Positions 42,106 to 50,400 of a stretch of DNA of 57,212 nt are shown here, piece by piece. Source of the DNA: Patescibacteria group bacterium. GTDB lineage: Bacteria; Patescibacteriota; Microgenomatia; UBA8517. The stretch is taken from contig JBBTWD010000004.1 in the NCBI GenBank assembly GCA_038062915.1, forward strand, positions 1 to 57,212. Direction: 5' to 3'. Each line of letters starts with the position of its first letter. Positions within the stretch are counted from its first letter, which is position 1. A model generated the notes under the pieces. The model searched no databases. It had not been told where the DNA came from and saw only the letters and a program-made list of their open reading frames with translations. A program made the translations under genes and the position numbers.

Positions 42106-43040
42106 TGTCCGATCTTGAATTCTACCACATCACCGTCCCGCATCAAATAGTCTTTTCCCTCACTTCTGACTCTTCCTGCATCGTGGGCAGGTTTCCAACC
42201 ACCCAGGGAGACAAAATCATTAAAATCGCATACATCGGCTTTAATGAAATGTTTCATAAAGTCAGTATGTATAACGCTGGAGGCGGTGAGCGCGGTCGTG
42301 TCAAATCGAATGGTCCAAGCCCTGACTTCCTTTTCACCTGCAGTCAAAAAAGTTATAAGTCCTAAAGTTTTAAAAGCTTTTTGAATCAATCTATCTAATG
42401 CTGAGTGCCTAGTACCTAGTGCCTCTAGATACTCTTTCTGTTCTTCTTCAGCTAGTCCCGCAAGCTCCGCTTCCGTCTTGGCACAAATTGCTATAACCTG
42501 ATCTTTATTAACACCAAGTTTCTCTGCATACTCTATCTCTATCTCCTGACTCTTTCTCAAATCCTGTTCATCTACATTTAGTGCGACTAAAAAAGGTTTT
42601 TTAGAAAAAGACGGTGCATCGGGGTGCTCCAAATCAGCCAAATCAAGCTCTATTTTTAAAACTTCAAAATCGCTTTTCGGGTCTTTGACACCTTGCTTGA
42701 TAATATCCAGGTCAGTAAAAGCACGTAGAACGTAACATATCGCGTCACACTCTCTAATGTGGCTCAAGAATTTATTCCCTAGCCCCTCCCCTTTTGAAGC
42801 CCCCTCAATTAAACCTGCTATATCTACAAACTCAACAGTTGCAGGAACAATCGGAGCATTGTATATTTTGGCTAATTCTATAAGCCTTGTGTCAGGTACA
42901 GGAACTACTCCTATATTTGGTTCTATTGTAGCAAATGGAAAATTTGCAACATACGCCTGCTGCTTCTTTAAAAGGGCATTAAAAAGTGTTGACTTGCCTA
43001 CATTTGGTAACCCGACTATCCCACAACTTAAGGATGACAT
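42102..43040 (-). CDS. ychF: Redox-regulated ATPase YchF (compact)
   Basis: GIVGLPNVGKSTLFNAL, DIAGLIEGASKGEGLGN and a C-terminal TGS-like VRAWTI...RSEGKDYLMRDGDVVEF. Confidence 0.85.
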   Translation of the reverse strand: MSSLSCGIVGLPNVGKSTLFNALLKKQQAYVANFPFATIEPNIGVVPVPDTRLIELAKIYNAPIVPATVEFVDIAGLIEGASKGEGLGNKFLSHIRECDAICYVLRAFTDLDIIKQGVKDPKSDFEVLKIELDLADLEHPDAPSFSKKPFLVALNVDEQDLRKSQEIEIEYAEKLGVNKDQVIAICAKTEAELAGLAEEEQKEYLEALGTRHSALDRLIQKAFKTLGLITFLTAGEKEVRAWTIRFDTTALTASSVIHTDFMKHFIKADVCDFNDFVSLGGWKPAHDAGRVRSEGKDYLMRDGDVVEFKIGQ

Positions 43041-43060
43041 GGCTAGATTTTAACACAATT

Positions 43061-43406
43061 TTATTCTAATAAAATCTCTTGTAATTTTTGTCCCATTTCC
43101 AACGTTTTCGGTTTGTCCAATTCTCTTTCTTGATCCCAATTTTTTACCTCACCCGATTTGTATTTGGGATATTCTTGTTTAACGTAATAATCTTCAGGGC
43201 GGAATGATCCAGAAAATCTGGTTTTATGCTAGAAAGCGGTTCTAGCTGTCAAGTTCGTTATTTGATAGATGCATCCATGTCCAATTTTTAACCCACTCTT
43301 GTATTAAAATATCTCCCCATTGACGATCTTGATATAAATAACCTGATATTTGTTTTTCTCCTGCTGGTGTTTTAAGTTCTCCAATTACCTTTCCTACTAG
43401 TTTCAT
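43061..43406 (-). pseudogene. Decayed gene remnant (frame-shifted pieces)
   Basis: The ATG at 43406 opens MKLVGKVIGELKTPAGEKQISGYLYQDRQWGDILIQEWVKNWTWMHL, then a stop. A protein-like stretch RPEDYYVKQEYPKYKSGEVKNWDQERELDKPKTLEMGQKLQEILLE continues in another frame to 43061. Confidence 0.3.
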
Positions 43407-43538
43407 CTTGGTAAAGAACAATGTCAGTTAGACTTTGGTATTGTGTTGTTTCGGTTATTTCACCACAAAATCTTGCATTATTAAAAGTAAAGTCAAATAT
43501 ACAAACTTAGTGTTATACTAGTTTTTGTATACACTCAT

Positions 43539-43952
43539 ATGAATATTGATAAAGTTTTATTAATATCAACTGCAATCATAAGAAATTCAAAGGATCAAAT
43601 TTTGCTTATCAAAAGAAGTCAAAAAAGCTCATATCCTGACTATTGGCAATTAGTTGAGGGTAAAATGGAAAGTGGCGAATCGCCTGAAGAAACAATAATC
43701 AGAGAAGTTATGGAAGAGACTAAAACTCAAGTTGACAAGCTTGATTTGAAGTCTGTGTATCATAACGAAATTGAGGCAAAAGGCTTAAAGTTTTTATGTT
43801 TTAGAACAGTCTTTTCTGCTGTCATCATCACAAAGGATATAGAATTAAGTGATGAACACACTGATTTTGGTTGGTTTAATAAAAAAACAATTGATAAACT
43901 TTCTTTACTTCCTGGAACTAAAGAAATATTAGATCATAATTTTAATAACTAA
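43539..43952 (+). CDS. NUDIX hydrolase
   Basis: Nudix box GKMESGESPEETIIREVMEETK. Confidence 0.8.
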   Translation: MNIDKVLLISTAIIRNSKDQILLIKRSQKSSYPDYWQLVEGKMESGESPEETIIREVMEETKTQVDKLDLKSVYHNEIEAKGLKFLCFRTVFSAVIITKDIELSDEHTDFGWFNKKTIDKLSLLPGTKEILDHNFNN

Positions 43953-44100
43953 TTTCTGGAACTTTTGACGATAAAATTCTCCCCATCATGTCTCGCTCTA
44001 TAATTAATCTCTCCTTATTTGCCTTAGGACATGAAGCCATTATAATACTTTATGCAACTAAGCACCAGTTTGGTGCTGGTAAAATAATAAAATATCTCAT

Positions 44101-44424
44101 ATGACCAAATACAAATTATATTTTAGTCGAATGATTGAGGAAAACAAAGTAGTGTTTGATGAATTTACCAAAAAACATCTTGAATACTCAATCGATCAAG
44201 AAAAGAACCAAGAAGATTTTAATAAGTTTGGTGAAAAAATATTGACTATTATAAAGATTTGGGAAGACAGGTTATGTAAATCTTCCGAAGGATCCGGATA
44301 TGGAAAATTTACAGGAAACCTAGCTGAAAAATTCCAAGAAGAAGTAAGGAGTCATTTCCCCTTAATTGACCATATTGGAATAATCGTCGAACCTAAAATG
44401 CTAATAAAAAGGATCCGATTATAA
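44101..44424 (+). CDS. Hypothetical protein
   Basis: Intact ORF with no motif recognised. Its 3' end overlaps the convergent gene by 32 nt. Confidence 0.4.
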   Translation: MTKYKLYFSRMIEENKVVFDEFTKKHLEYSIDQEKNQEDFNKFGEKILTIIKIWEDRLCKSSEGSGYGKFTGNLAEKFQEEVRSHFPLIDHIGIIVEPKMLIKRIRL

Positions 44425-45022
44425 CCAATACCCCAAGCCCAGCACCAACATATGTGGGCCAACCTGTACCGGTTTCAGGAATTGGAGGTTTGGTTGGAGC
44501 CACGGTTGCCTTGGCAGTTGTTGTAGCTTTTGCCGTTGCCGTTGCCGTCGCCGTCGCCGTCGCTTTCGCGGTAGATGAGGATGTTGCCGTTGCCGTGGCA
44601 GTTGCTGTTGCTGTTGCTGTTGCGGAGGGTGTAGCATCACAAGCCGCCATGTTCAATGTCCAATTTCCACCCACTGATGGACAACAATAGTCTTTACCTC
44701 CACATGGTTCTACCCTACCTTTTTTGTTACAAAGGCTTTCAGACGGAGACCCATCAGATTCCGGAGGAGTACAATTTCTAAGGAGAGATTTTTGATTAGC
44801 TACTGGACAGGCCTGGGCTCTTGGACAAGCCGGAATGGCTGCTCTTTCAGCTACATTTTGATTTTGGCGAACAAGCAGTACCCCAGCAAAAATTCCAAGT
44901 CCCAGAAACAAAGTTATTACTAAAGCTATAATAATTCCTTTAACGCTTTTTTTAGATTTACCAGGCGTGACTATTTCAAAAGGCGAAGGCGTTTGTGATT
45001 GATTAGTATCTTGGGTGGGCAT
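44393..45022 (-). CDS. Secreted Cys-rich protein with (Ala-Thr)n repeats and sortase-like C-terminal sorting signal
   Basis: N-terminal helix IIIALVITLFLGLGIFAGVLLV and a Cys-rich module, then ATATATATATATSSSTAKATATATATAKATTTAKA. The C-terminus has IPETG plus a hydrophobic tail GAGLGVLVIIGSFLLAF. Confidence 0.55.
   Translation of the reverse strand: MPTQDTNQSQTPSPFEIVTPGKSKKSVKGIIIALVITLFLGLGIFAGVLLVRQNQNVAERAAIPACPRAQACPVANQKSLLRNCTPPESDGSPSESLCNKKGRVEPCGGKDYCCPSVGGNWTLNMAACDATPSATATATATATATATSSSTAKATATATATATAKATTTAKATVAPTKPPIPETGTGWPTYVGAGLGVLVIIGSFLLAF
44532..44623. repeat. Hexanucleotide microsatellite (GCCGTY / GTTGCY units)
   Basis: gccgtt gccgtt gccgtc gccgtc gccgtc, then a gttgct run. 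It encodes the Ala-Thr repeats on the minus strand. Confidence 0.85.
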
Positions 45023-45030
45023 ATGTATAT

Positions 45031-46269
45031 TTAGATTACCATAAGTCCTAACACTTCGTCAAAGCCTTTTACTAAATCGTATTTATCTTTATTTGAGATA
45101 TTACTTTTCAACATCTCAAACATTATAGCCATTGCTTTACTAGTATTTAAATCATCATTAATGGCCTCCATAAATTTATTTCTGTATTCAATGTTTCGAT
45201 TTGCCTGCCCAGAGGAGCTTCGGAGAAGTTGTGAGATTTGAGATTTGAGATTTAAAAATCCGCTTTGTGCGGCTTTTAGTGATTCCCAAGTGAAATTCAA
45301 TGGTTTTTTGTAATGTGAGGTTAGATAAAGATAGCGAAGTGAAATCGGATCAAACCCCTTTTTAATAATATCTTCGATTGTGTAGAAATTTTCTAAAGAT
45401 TTGCTCATCTTTTTGCCATCTACCATTAAAAAGGCTGTATGGAGCCAGTAATTTACAAAAGGTTTTTTCCCGGTTGAGCTCTCACTTTGGGCAATTTCAT
45501 TAGTATGGTGAACCGATATATGATCCTCGCCTCCTGTGTGAATATCAAATTGTTCTCCTAAATATTTCACGCTCATAGCACTACACTCTATGTGCCAACC
45601 TGGGAATCCATCTCCCCATGGGCTATCCCAATGCATTGTGTGGTCTTTAAACCTACCAACTCTCTTAAACCATAGAGCAAAATCCTGCGGATTTTTCTTG
45701 TACTGCCCCGTTTTTACTTCATCCCTTACTGCAACTTTTTTTTCAGATAAAAGCTGTCCTGTGAGTTTTCCATAGTCTTTATCTTTAGAAACGTCAAAGT
45801 AAACCGCTTCGGCCGTATCATAGGCAAAACCCTTTTTGACAAGTGTCTCAATCATCTCTATTTGTTCTTTTATGTTATCTGTTGCTTTACAAATAATATC
45901 TGGACGGATGATATTTAATTTATCCATCGAATCGTAAAAATTTTTAGTGAAGAATTCGGCAACCTCCCAAACGGTTTTGCCAGCCTTAACTGCACCTTTT
46001 TCGAGTTTATCCTCACCTTCATCAGCATCTGAAACCAAGTGCCCTACATCGGTTACATTTTGAACATGTTTAACTCTATAACCATTGGCAATTAAAACCC
46101 TCTTTAAAATGTCGTCGGTTACGTATTTTCTACCATGGCCTATATGTGCATAGTCGTAAACTGTCATTCCACAGGTATATAATCCCACTAATCCCACTCC
46201 CGGAGTGGGATTAATCGCCCCAAACTTTTCCTTTTTACGTGTAAGGGTATTGGTTAAATAAATATCCAT
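45031..46269 (-). CDS. cysS: Cysteine--tRNA ligase (compact)
   Basis: HIGHGRKY (HIGH), KMSKS, and WGDGFPGWHIECS zinc/cysteine-binding blocks. Confidence 0.9.
   Translation of the reverse strand: MDIYLTNTLTRKKEKFGAINPTPGVGLVGLYTCGMTVYDYAHIGHGRKYVTDDILKRVLIANGYRVKHVQNVTDVGHLVSDADEGEDKLEKGAVKAGKTVWEVAEFFTKNFYDSMDKLNIIRPDIICKATDNIKEQIEMIETLVKKGFAYDTAEAVYFDVSKDKDYGKLTGQLLSEKKVAVRDEVKTGQYKKNPQDFALWFKRVGRFKDHTMHWDSPWGDGFPGWHIECSAMSVKYLGEQFDIHTGGEDHISVHHTNEIAQSESSTGKKPFVNYWLHTAFLMVDGKKMSKSLENFYTIEDIIKKGFDPISLRYLYLTSHYKKPLNFTWESLKAAQSGFLNLKSQISQLLRSSSGQANRNIEYRNKFMEAINDDLNTSKAMAIMFEMLKSNISNKDKYDLVKGFDEVLGLMVI
45232..45252. repeat. Three perfect tandem copies of TGAGATT inside cysS
   Basis: tgagatt tgagatt tgagatt. 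It encodes NLKSQIS on the minus strand. Confidence 0.9.
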
Positions 46270-46286
46270 GTTTTATTTTACACATT

Positions 46287-46769
46287 TTACCCACTCGGGG
46301 GAACCGGTTTTTCTACATGCGTCTGTTCGCGCTTCATGGCTGTCTTTTTACCAAAATTAAAAAGTTTTCTTCCTTTTTTTGCAACCGGCTCGGTTAGCGA
46401 TTTAGCATTTGCATTTTTGGCATTTAACATTTGTTGTTTCACAGCTTCCACTTGTGCATTTAATACCTGTTTTTGCTCCATTGAAAGTTCCGGATATTCC
46501 TCCAAATAAACTTCTTGTCCTTCACTTATTTTCCTTTGAATTTCCTTAAAAATCCTATCACGTTCAATATCTTTTAATTCTCTATCTAAAGCTTCAATTC
46601 GACGGGAACTTTTCGTTTTATCCACAAGTTCATTTTGATTCCTTTCGATTTTTTGCTCATCATCCACTTGTTTTTCAGAAGTCGGAACATTAACCGGGGC
46701 AATTTGTTCACGAGCATTTTGAAGAATCTCAAGTGGCTCCTGAACAATTTGTTTAATAAATTTTTTCAT
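46287..46769 (-). CDS. Hypothetical coiled-coil protein
   Basis: Charged helical sequence with no motif. 4-nt overlap with the recR stop. Confidence 0.45.
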   Translation of the reverse strand: MKKFIKQIVQEPLEILQNAREQIAPVNVPTSEKQVDDEQKIERNQNELVDKTKSSRRIEALDRELKDIERDRIFKEIQRKISEGQEVYLEEYPELSMEQKQVLNAQVEAVKQQMLNAKNANAKSLTEPVAKKGRKLFNFGKKTAMKREQTHVEKPVPPSG

Positions 46770-47368
46770 AATTCCCTTCTTCCCTCTAGAGCTTGTGTTA
46801 GAGTCGTCTCATCAGCATACTCTAAATCCGCACCGGTAGGAATTCCCATACCTAAACGGGTCACTGTCAACTGTTGACTGTTAACTGTTAACTGTTTTTT
46901 TATATACATTGCTGTGGCATTTCCCTCCATTGTTGGATTTGTGGCAATTATTATTTCACTCAAGTCTCTGTCTCTAGCTCTGTCTAAGAGATCTTTTATA
47001 AAGATCTCTTCCGGCCCAATATTATCAAGGGGGTTAATTGCCCCATGAAGAACATGATAGAGACCTTTAAACTTACCTGTTTTTTCAAATGCCAAAATGT
47101 CTAGTGGTTGCTCAACTACTAAAATCTGTGACCTATCACGAGAAATATCAGAGCAAATTGGACAAGGGTCCGTTTCACTAACGTTTTTACAAACCGAACA
47201 AAGAATCGTGTCTTTTTTAAGCCTCCCAACTGCTTTTGCAAACTCATCAAGCTGGATTTGTGGGACATGAAGTAAGTAATATGTAAGCCTTTGGGCGGAT
47301 TTTGGACCTACCCCTGGGAGTTTACTAAATGCTTCTATTAACGAAGCGATCGGGCGTGCGATACGCAT
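46766..47368 (-). CDS. recR: Recombination protein RecR
   Basis: LPGVGPKSAQRLTYYLL HhH, a C4 zinc finger CSVC...CPIC, Toprim and a C-terminal GADLEYADETTL. Confidence 0.9.
   Translation of the reverse strand: MRIARPIASLIEAFSKLPGVGPKSAQRLTYYLLHVPQIQLDEFAKAVGRLKKDTILCSVCKNVSETDPCPICSDISRDRSQILVVEQPLDILAFEKTGKFKGLYHVLHGAINPLDNIGPEEIFIKDLLDRARDRDLSEIIIATNPTMEGNATAMYIKKQLTVNSQQLTVTRLGMGIPTGADLEYADETTLTQALEGRREL
46861..46895. repeat. Heptanucleotide tandem repeat (5 units, NNACTGT) inside recR
   Basis: tcactgt caactgt tgactgt taactgt taactgt. It encodes QLTVNSQQLTVT in the loop before the RecR C-terminal domain. Confidence 0.85.
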
Positions 47369-47375
47369 AGCATGC

Positions 47376-47663
47376 CTACTTGCCTAGTCCTCCAAGAAGA
47401 CCTGACAATCCTCCGCCCATTTCCATCATCTTTTTGGCAGACTCTTTTTGTACCTTCTTCATTGCCTCATTAATTGCGTCAACCAAATCATTCAAATCCT
47501 CCCCATCACGCTTAATATATCGAATCTTTTGATCCCCGGTTACAGAAACCAGCCAGCCCCGTTTTTCAACAGTCTCGACAATTTTCTCAAGCTCCTTCTG
47601 AAGAGCCATGGCTTTTGATCTCATTTGAGCAAGTTCTTTTAATTGTTTAAATTTGTCAAACAC
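47376..47663 (-). CDS. YbaB/EbfC-family nucleoid-associated protein
   Basis: Typical ~95-aa protein in the conserved dnaX-ybaB-recR position. VSVTGDQKI block. Confidence 0.85.
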   Translation of the reverse strand: MFDKFKQLKELAQMRSKAMALQKELEKIVETVEKRGWLVSVTGDQKIRYIKRDGEDLNDLVDAINEAMKKVQKESAKKMMEMGGGLSGLLGGLGK

Positions 47664-48969
47664 CGAATATTTCCTCCGCAGCCTTCATGATATCGTTATC
47701 TTTACTTTCTGTCAAAGGAGCACGGGTAGGTGCATCTGTTAGAATGCATATAACTCTAGCAGGCTTATCTAATACTGCAGTTACGACATCCTCCAAAACT
47801 TTTCGATTGTGTCCATCTTCAAGCCTTTCTTTGTGAAATTTATAAAAAACCCCAAGGGTTAGGATTTTCCCATCAAATCCAAGTGGCTTTGCAGAACGAA
47901 GAAGGGCCTCAATTGAAGCGTTAATCGGACGAATTTTAGTAAGAACACTTTTCCAAGTGGACTCATCGATGTTTTCTCCATCAATTTTTGCCGGTTTGGC
48001 TTTTACTTCTTCTTCTCCACACCATTTAACAATCGCTATTTCGAGTGGTAAACCCTCTATGGGAGAATAACTATCCTGCCTTATAGCCTCCATTAAAAGT
48101 TCCATTAGTACTATATTTTCCTTAGATATATTTTCTCTTAACACTTCCAAAGTGTCTTTTATAAAATCATCGGTTGAAAACCCTTTGTTTTCTAATTCTC
48201 TGACTTGTGTCAATAGTTCATCTTTTTCTTTATTAAGTAAAAGTTTAACAAACCCATCTGGATCATAACCGCCTTTATCTCTCAAAAAACTTTCTCCTTC
48301 TAAACTAAATTGTTCTAAAAGTTTCACTGCGTCTCTGAATGAACCGTTGGCCATTCCAGAAATGGTTCCAACGTCCTCCCGACTAATTTTGATTTTCTCG
48401 GCTTTAACTACCCTTTCGAGTGAATGCTCAATTTCCTCAATACTAGCTTTTTTAAATATAATTTCTGTTGTTCTTGAACGAATAGTTTCGATAAGTTTTT
48501 CAGAATTTGTTGTAGCCAAAATAAAAATTACATGGTTTGGTGGCTCCTCCAAAGTTTTAAGTAGTGCATTTGAGGCATCTACCGTTAACATATGCGCTTC
48601 GTCAATTATATAAACTTTCTTTTTTGCTTTAGCGGGGGAGAGTTTTACTGCGTCTCTTAATGTTCGAATATCATCAATTCCCCTATTACTTGCTGCATCA
48701 AGTTCTATAACGTCAATATTGCTTCCTTTGGTAATAGAGATACATTGATCACATTTGCCACACGACTCACTATTCACTGTTGACTGTTCACAATTTATTA
48801 TCTTTGCCAATATTCTAGCCGCTGAAGTTTTACCTGTCCCTTTTGGTCCGGAAAATAGAAATGCATGGGGAATTTCTTTTGACAAAACTATTTTTTTAAG
48901 TGATTCCTTAACATTAACTAAATCAAGGTCATCTAAATTTTGTGGCCTATATTTTAAATAAAATGTCAT
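47656..48969 (-). CDS. dnaX: DNA polymerase III subunit gamma/tau
   Basis: YRPQNLDDL, GPKGTGKTS, a zinc module CGKCDQC, DEAHML and SRT. Confidence 0.9.
   Translation of the reverse strand: MTFYLKYRPQNLDDLDLVNVKESLKKIVLSKEIPHAFLFSGPKGTGKTSAARILAKIINCEQSTVNSESCGKCDQCISITKGSNIDVIELDAASNRGIDDIRTLRDAVKLSPAKAKKKVYIIDEAHMLTVDASNALLKTLEEPPNHVIFILATTNSEKLIETIRSRTTEIIFKKASIEEIEHSLERVVKAEKIKISREDVGTISGMANGSFRDAVKLLEQFSLEGESFLRDKGGYDPDGFVKLLLNKEKDELLTQVRELENKGFSTDDFIKDTLEVLRENISKENIVLMELLMEAIRQDSYSPIEGLPLEIAIVKWCGEEEVKAKPAKIDGENIDESTWKSVLTKIRPINASIEALLRSAKPLGFDGKILTLGVFYKFHKERLEDGHNRKVLEDVVTAVLDKPARVICILTDAPTRAPLTESKDNDIMKAAEEIFGV
48767..48794. repeat. Heptanucleotide tandem repeat (4 units, TSACWRT) inside dnaX
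   Basis: tcactat tcactgt tgactgt tcacaat. It encodes EQSTVNSES just before the zinc-module cysteines. Confidence 0.7.
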
Positions 48970-49343
48970 TCGTGGTGTATTCCCAATAAGTGCATTGCTC
49001 CATGTTCAACTAACTCATAAACCTTATCATCAATTAAGACATTTTCTATTTTTGCCTCGTTAAGTGCAATGGGATAACAAACCACAATTTCACCTAGCTG
49101 GATTGATCCAGTTGGAGGATACGTAAATTTATCTTTAACTTCGAATGATAGGACATTGTGCAGTTTTTTATCTTTCAAATATTTTTTGCCTATATCAAGC
49201 ATTTTCTTCTCACCGACAATGGCAACCGAGACTTCCGCTTCAGATACTATCCCATGATTTTTAAAAAATGCGCTTAGCTTTTTTTTAATATTGGATATTC
49301 CTACTGGATAATTAGACTGTTTGGAAATTAGCACTTTAATCAT
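48966..49343 (-). CDS. ybeY: rRNA maturation endoribonuclease YbeY
   Basis: C-terminal HGAMHLLGIHHE (the HxxxHxxxxxH zinc motif). Confidence 0.8.
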   Translation of the reverse strand: MIKVLISKQSNYPVGISNIKKKLSAFFKNHGIVSEAEVSVAIVGEKKMLDIGKKYLKDKKLHNVLSFEVKDKFTYPPTGSIQLGEIVVCYPIALNEAKIENVLIDDKVYELVEHGAMHLLGIHHE

Positions 49344-49765
49344 AATTCTAGTTTCTGGCGAACCATGTTCGCGATAATTCCTCCATCAGCATTGGGCGCT
49401 TTGGCTTTTACGATGCTTATAGCCTGACCCATCTGCATGCCTGGTTTTATAATCTCGTCTATAATTTTTTCAATCTCTTGCTCACCCATTTCCGGAGGAA
49501 GAAATTTCTGCAAAATCTCGAGTTCTTTTGCCTCTCTCAACTCTCTACCTCTTTCTCCTGCCTTCTTATACGCCTCAATTGAATCTTTTCTCTGCTTCGC
49601 TTGTTTCCTAATTACTACTAACTCTTCGCTATCATCTAATTCGCGTCGTTTCTCTATTTTTTCATAATTAAAAGCAGAAGAAAGAAGTCGTAAAGTCGAA
49701 AGCCTGACTTCATCACGAGCCTTTAAGGCCTCAGCGATTAATTGATTAATTTTATTTGATAACAT
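49340..49765 (-). CDS. GatB/YqeY-domain protein
   Basis: LIAEALKARDEVRLSTLRLL... is typical of YqeY. Start placed at the ATG at 49765 (the ORF-track start at 49804 is a non-ATG upstream codon). Confidence 0.8.
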   Translation of the reverse strand: MLSNKINQLIAEALKARDEVRLSTLRLLSSAFNYEKIEKRRELDDSEELVVIRKQAKQRKDSIEAYKKAGERGRELREAKELEILQKFLPPEMGEQEIEKIIDEIIKPGMQMGQAISIVKAKAPNADGGIIANMVRQKLEL

Positions 49766-49850
49766 ATTCCATGGCTTCCCCAACCTGCCCGCATTGCTAC
49801 GCAAAGCGTTGCAGGCGGGTCATTTTTTGTAGTTTATTTGCAATCATATT

Positions 49851-50159
49851 TTAATTATTAAATCCCGACAAAAGATGAAAATGTAAATGATTCACTTCCA
49901 AAAGTTTACCCCAATTAACTCTAAACTGAAATTCATCTAAGCCCAAATCTTTTTGTAAATCCAAAATAATTTTTAATGCCTCATTCCACAATTCGTCTGT
50001 CACGGATTTTAAATCATCAAAATGTGTCTTTGAAATAATCAATAGATGTGTTTTTGCTGAAGGCTTAATATCAGGAATAATTACAAAATTATTTGTTTCT
50101 TTAATCTTTTTTGAAGGCAACTCACCTTTTATAACTTTACAAAAAATACAATCTTTCAT
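49851..50159 (-). CDS. HIT-family (Hint-like) nucleotide hydrolase
   Basis: MKDCIFCKVIKGE start and the histidine triad HLHFHLL. Start moved to the ATG at 50159. Confidence 0.8.
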   Translation of the reverse strand: MKDCIFCKVIKGELPSKKIKETNNFVIIPDIKPSAKTHLLIISKTHFDDLKSVTDELWNEALKIILDLQKDLGLDEFQFRVNWGKLLEVNHLHFHLLSGFNN

Positions 50160-50205
50160 TACGGTTCTAAGTCTACAGATTTTTCCAAACTTTAACACCT
50201 GGAAT

Positions 50206-50373
50206 TTAACGATAAAACTTTTTTTCAAATGTTTGGTAATCAACTAATACAAAATCAGGCTTACTTCCACGCAACACAACAATTGGAACTTTTAATTCCT
50301 TTACTTGCTTCCTAATTTTCTTATAATTTCGCTGTAATTGTGTTGAGGTCGTGATTGGTGGCATTGATATCAT
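50206..50373 (-). CDS. Unannotated 55-aa Phd/YefM-like antitoxin-fold ORF
   Basis: MISMPPITTSTQLQRNYKKIRKQVKELKVPIVVLRGSKPDFVLVDYQTFEKKFYR matches the Phd/YefM N-terminal pattern. It is below the ORF-track size cutoff. Confidence 0.5.
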   Translation of the reverse strand: MISMPPITTSTQLQRNYKKIRKQVKELKVPIVVLRGSKPDFVLVDYQTFEKKFYR

Positions 50374-50400
50374 ATCAATATCAGATTATCATACGTATAA

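Noticed and set aside
44419-44690. ORFs encoding poly-Gln/Arg or Val/Ala repeats across the hexanucleotide microsatellite.
   Set aside because: They are alternative-frame or antisense readings of the Ala-Thr repeat of the better-supported surface-protein gene.
37959-48794. Short tandem repeats as a CRISPR array or other spaced-repeat locus.
   Set aside because: The units are 7 nt, directly abutting with no spacers, and lie inside conserved genes. No CRISPR-like repeat-spacer periodicity exists anywhere in the window.
50160-50243. N-terminal 28-aa extension of the HIT ORF in the six-frame track.
   Set aside because: The extension is non-homologous and begins at a non-ATG codon. MKDCIFCKV at 50159 matches the usual Hint N-terminus. 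The upstream space is better explained by the Phd-like ORF in another frame.
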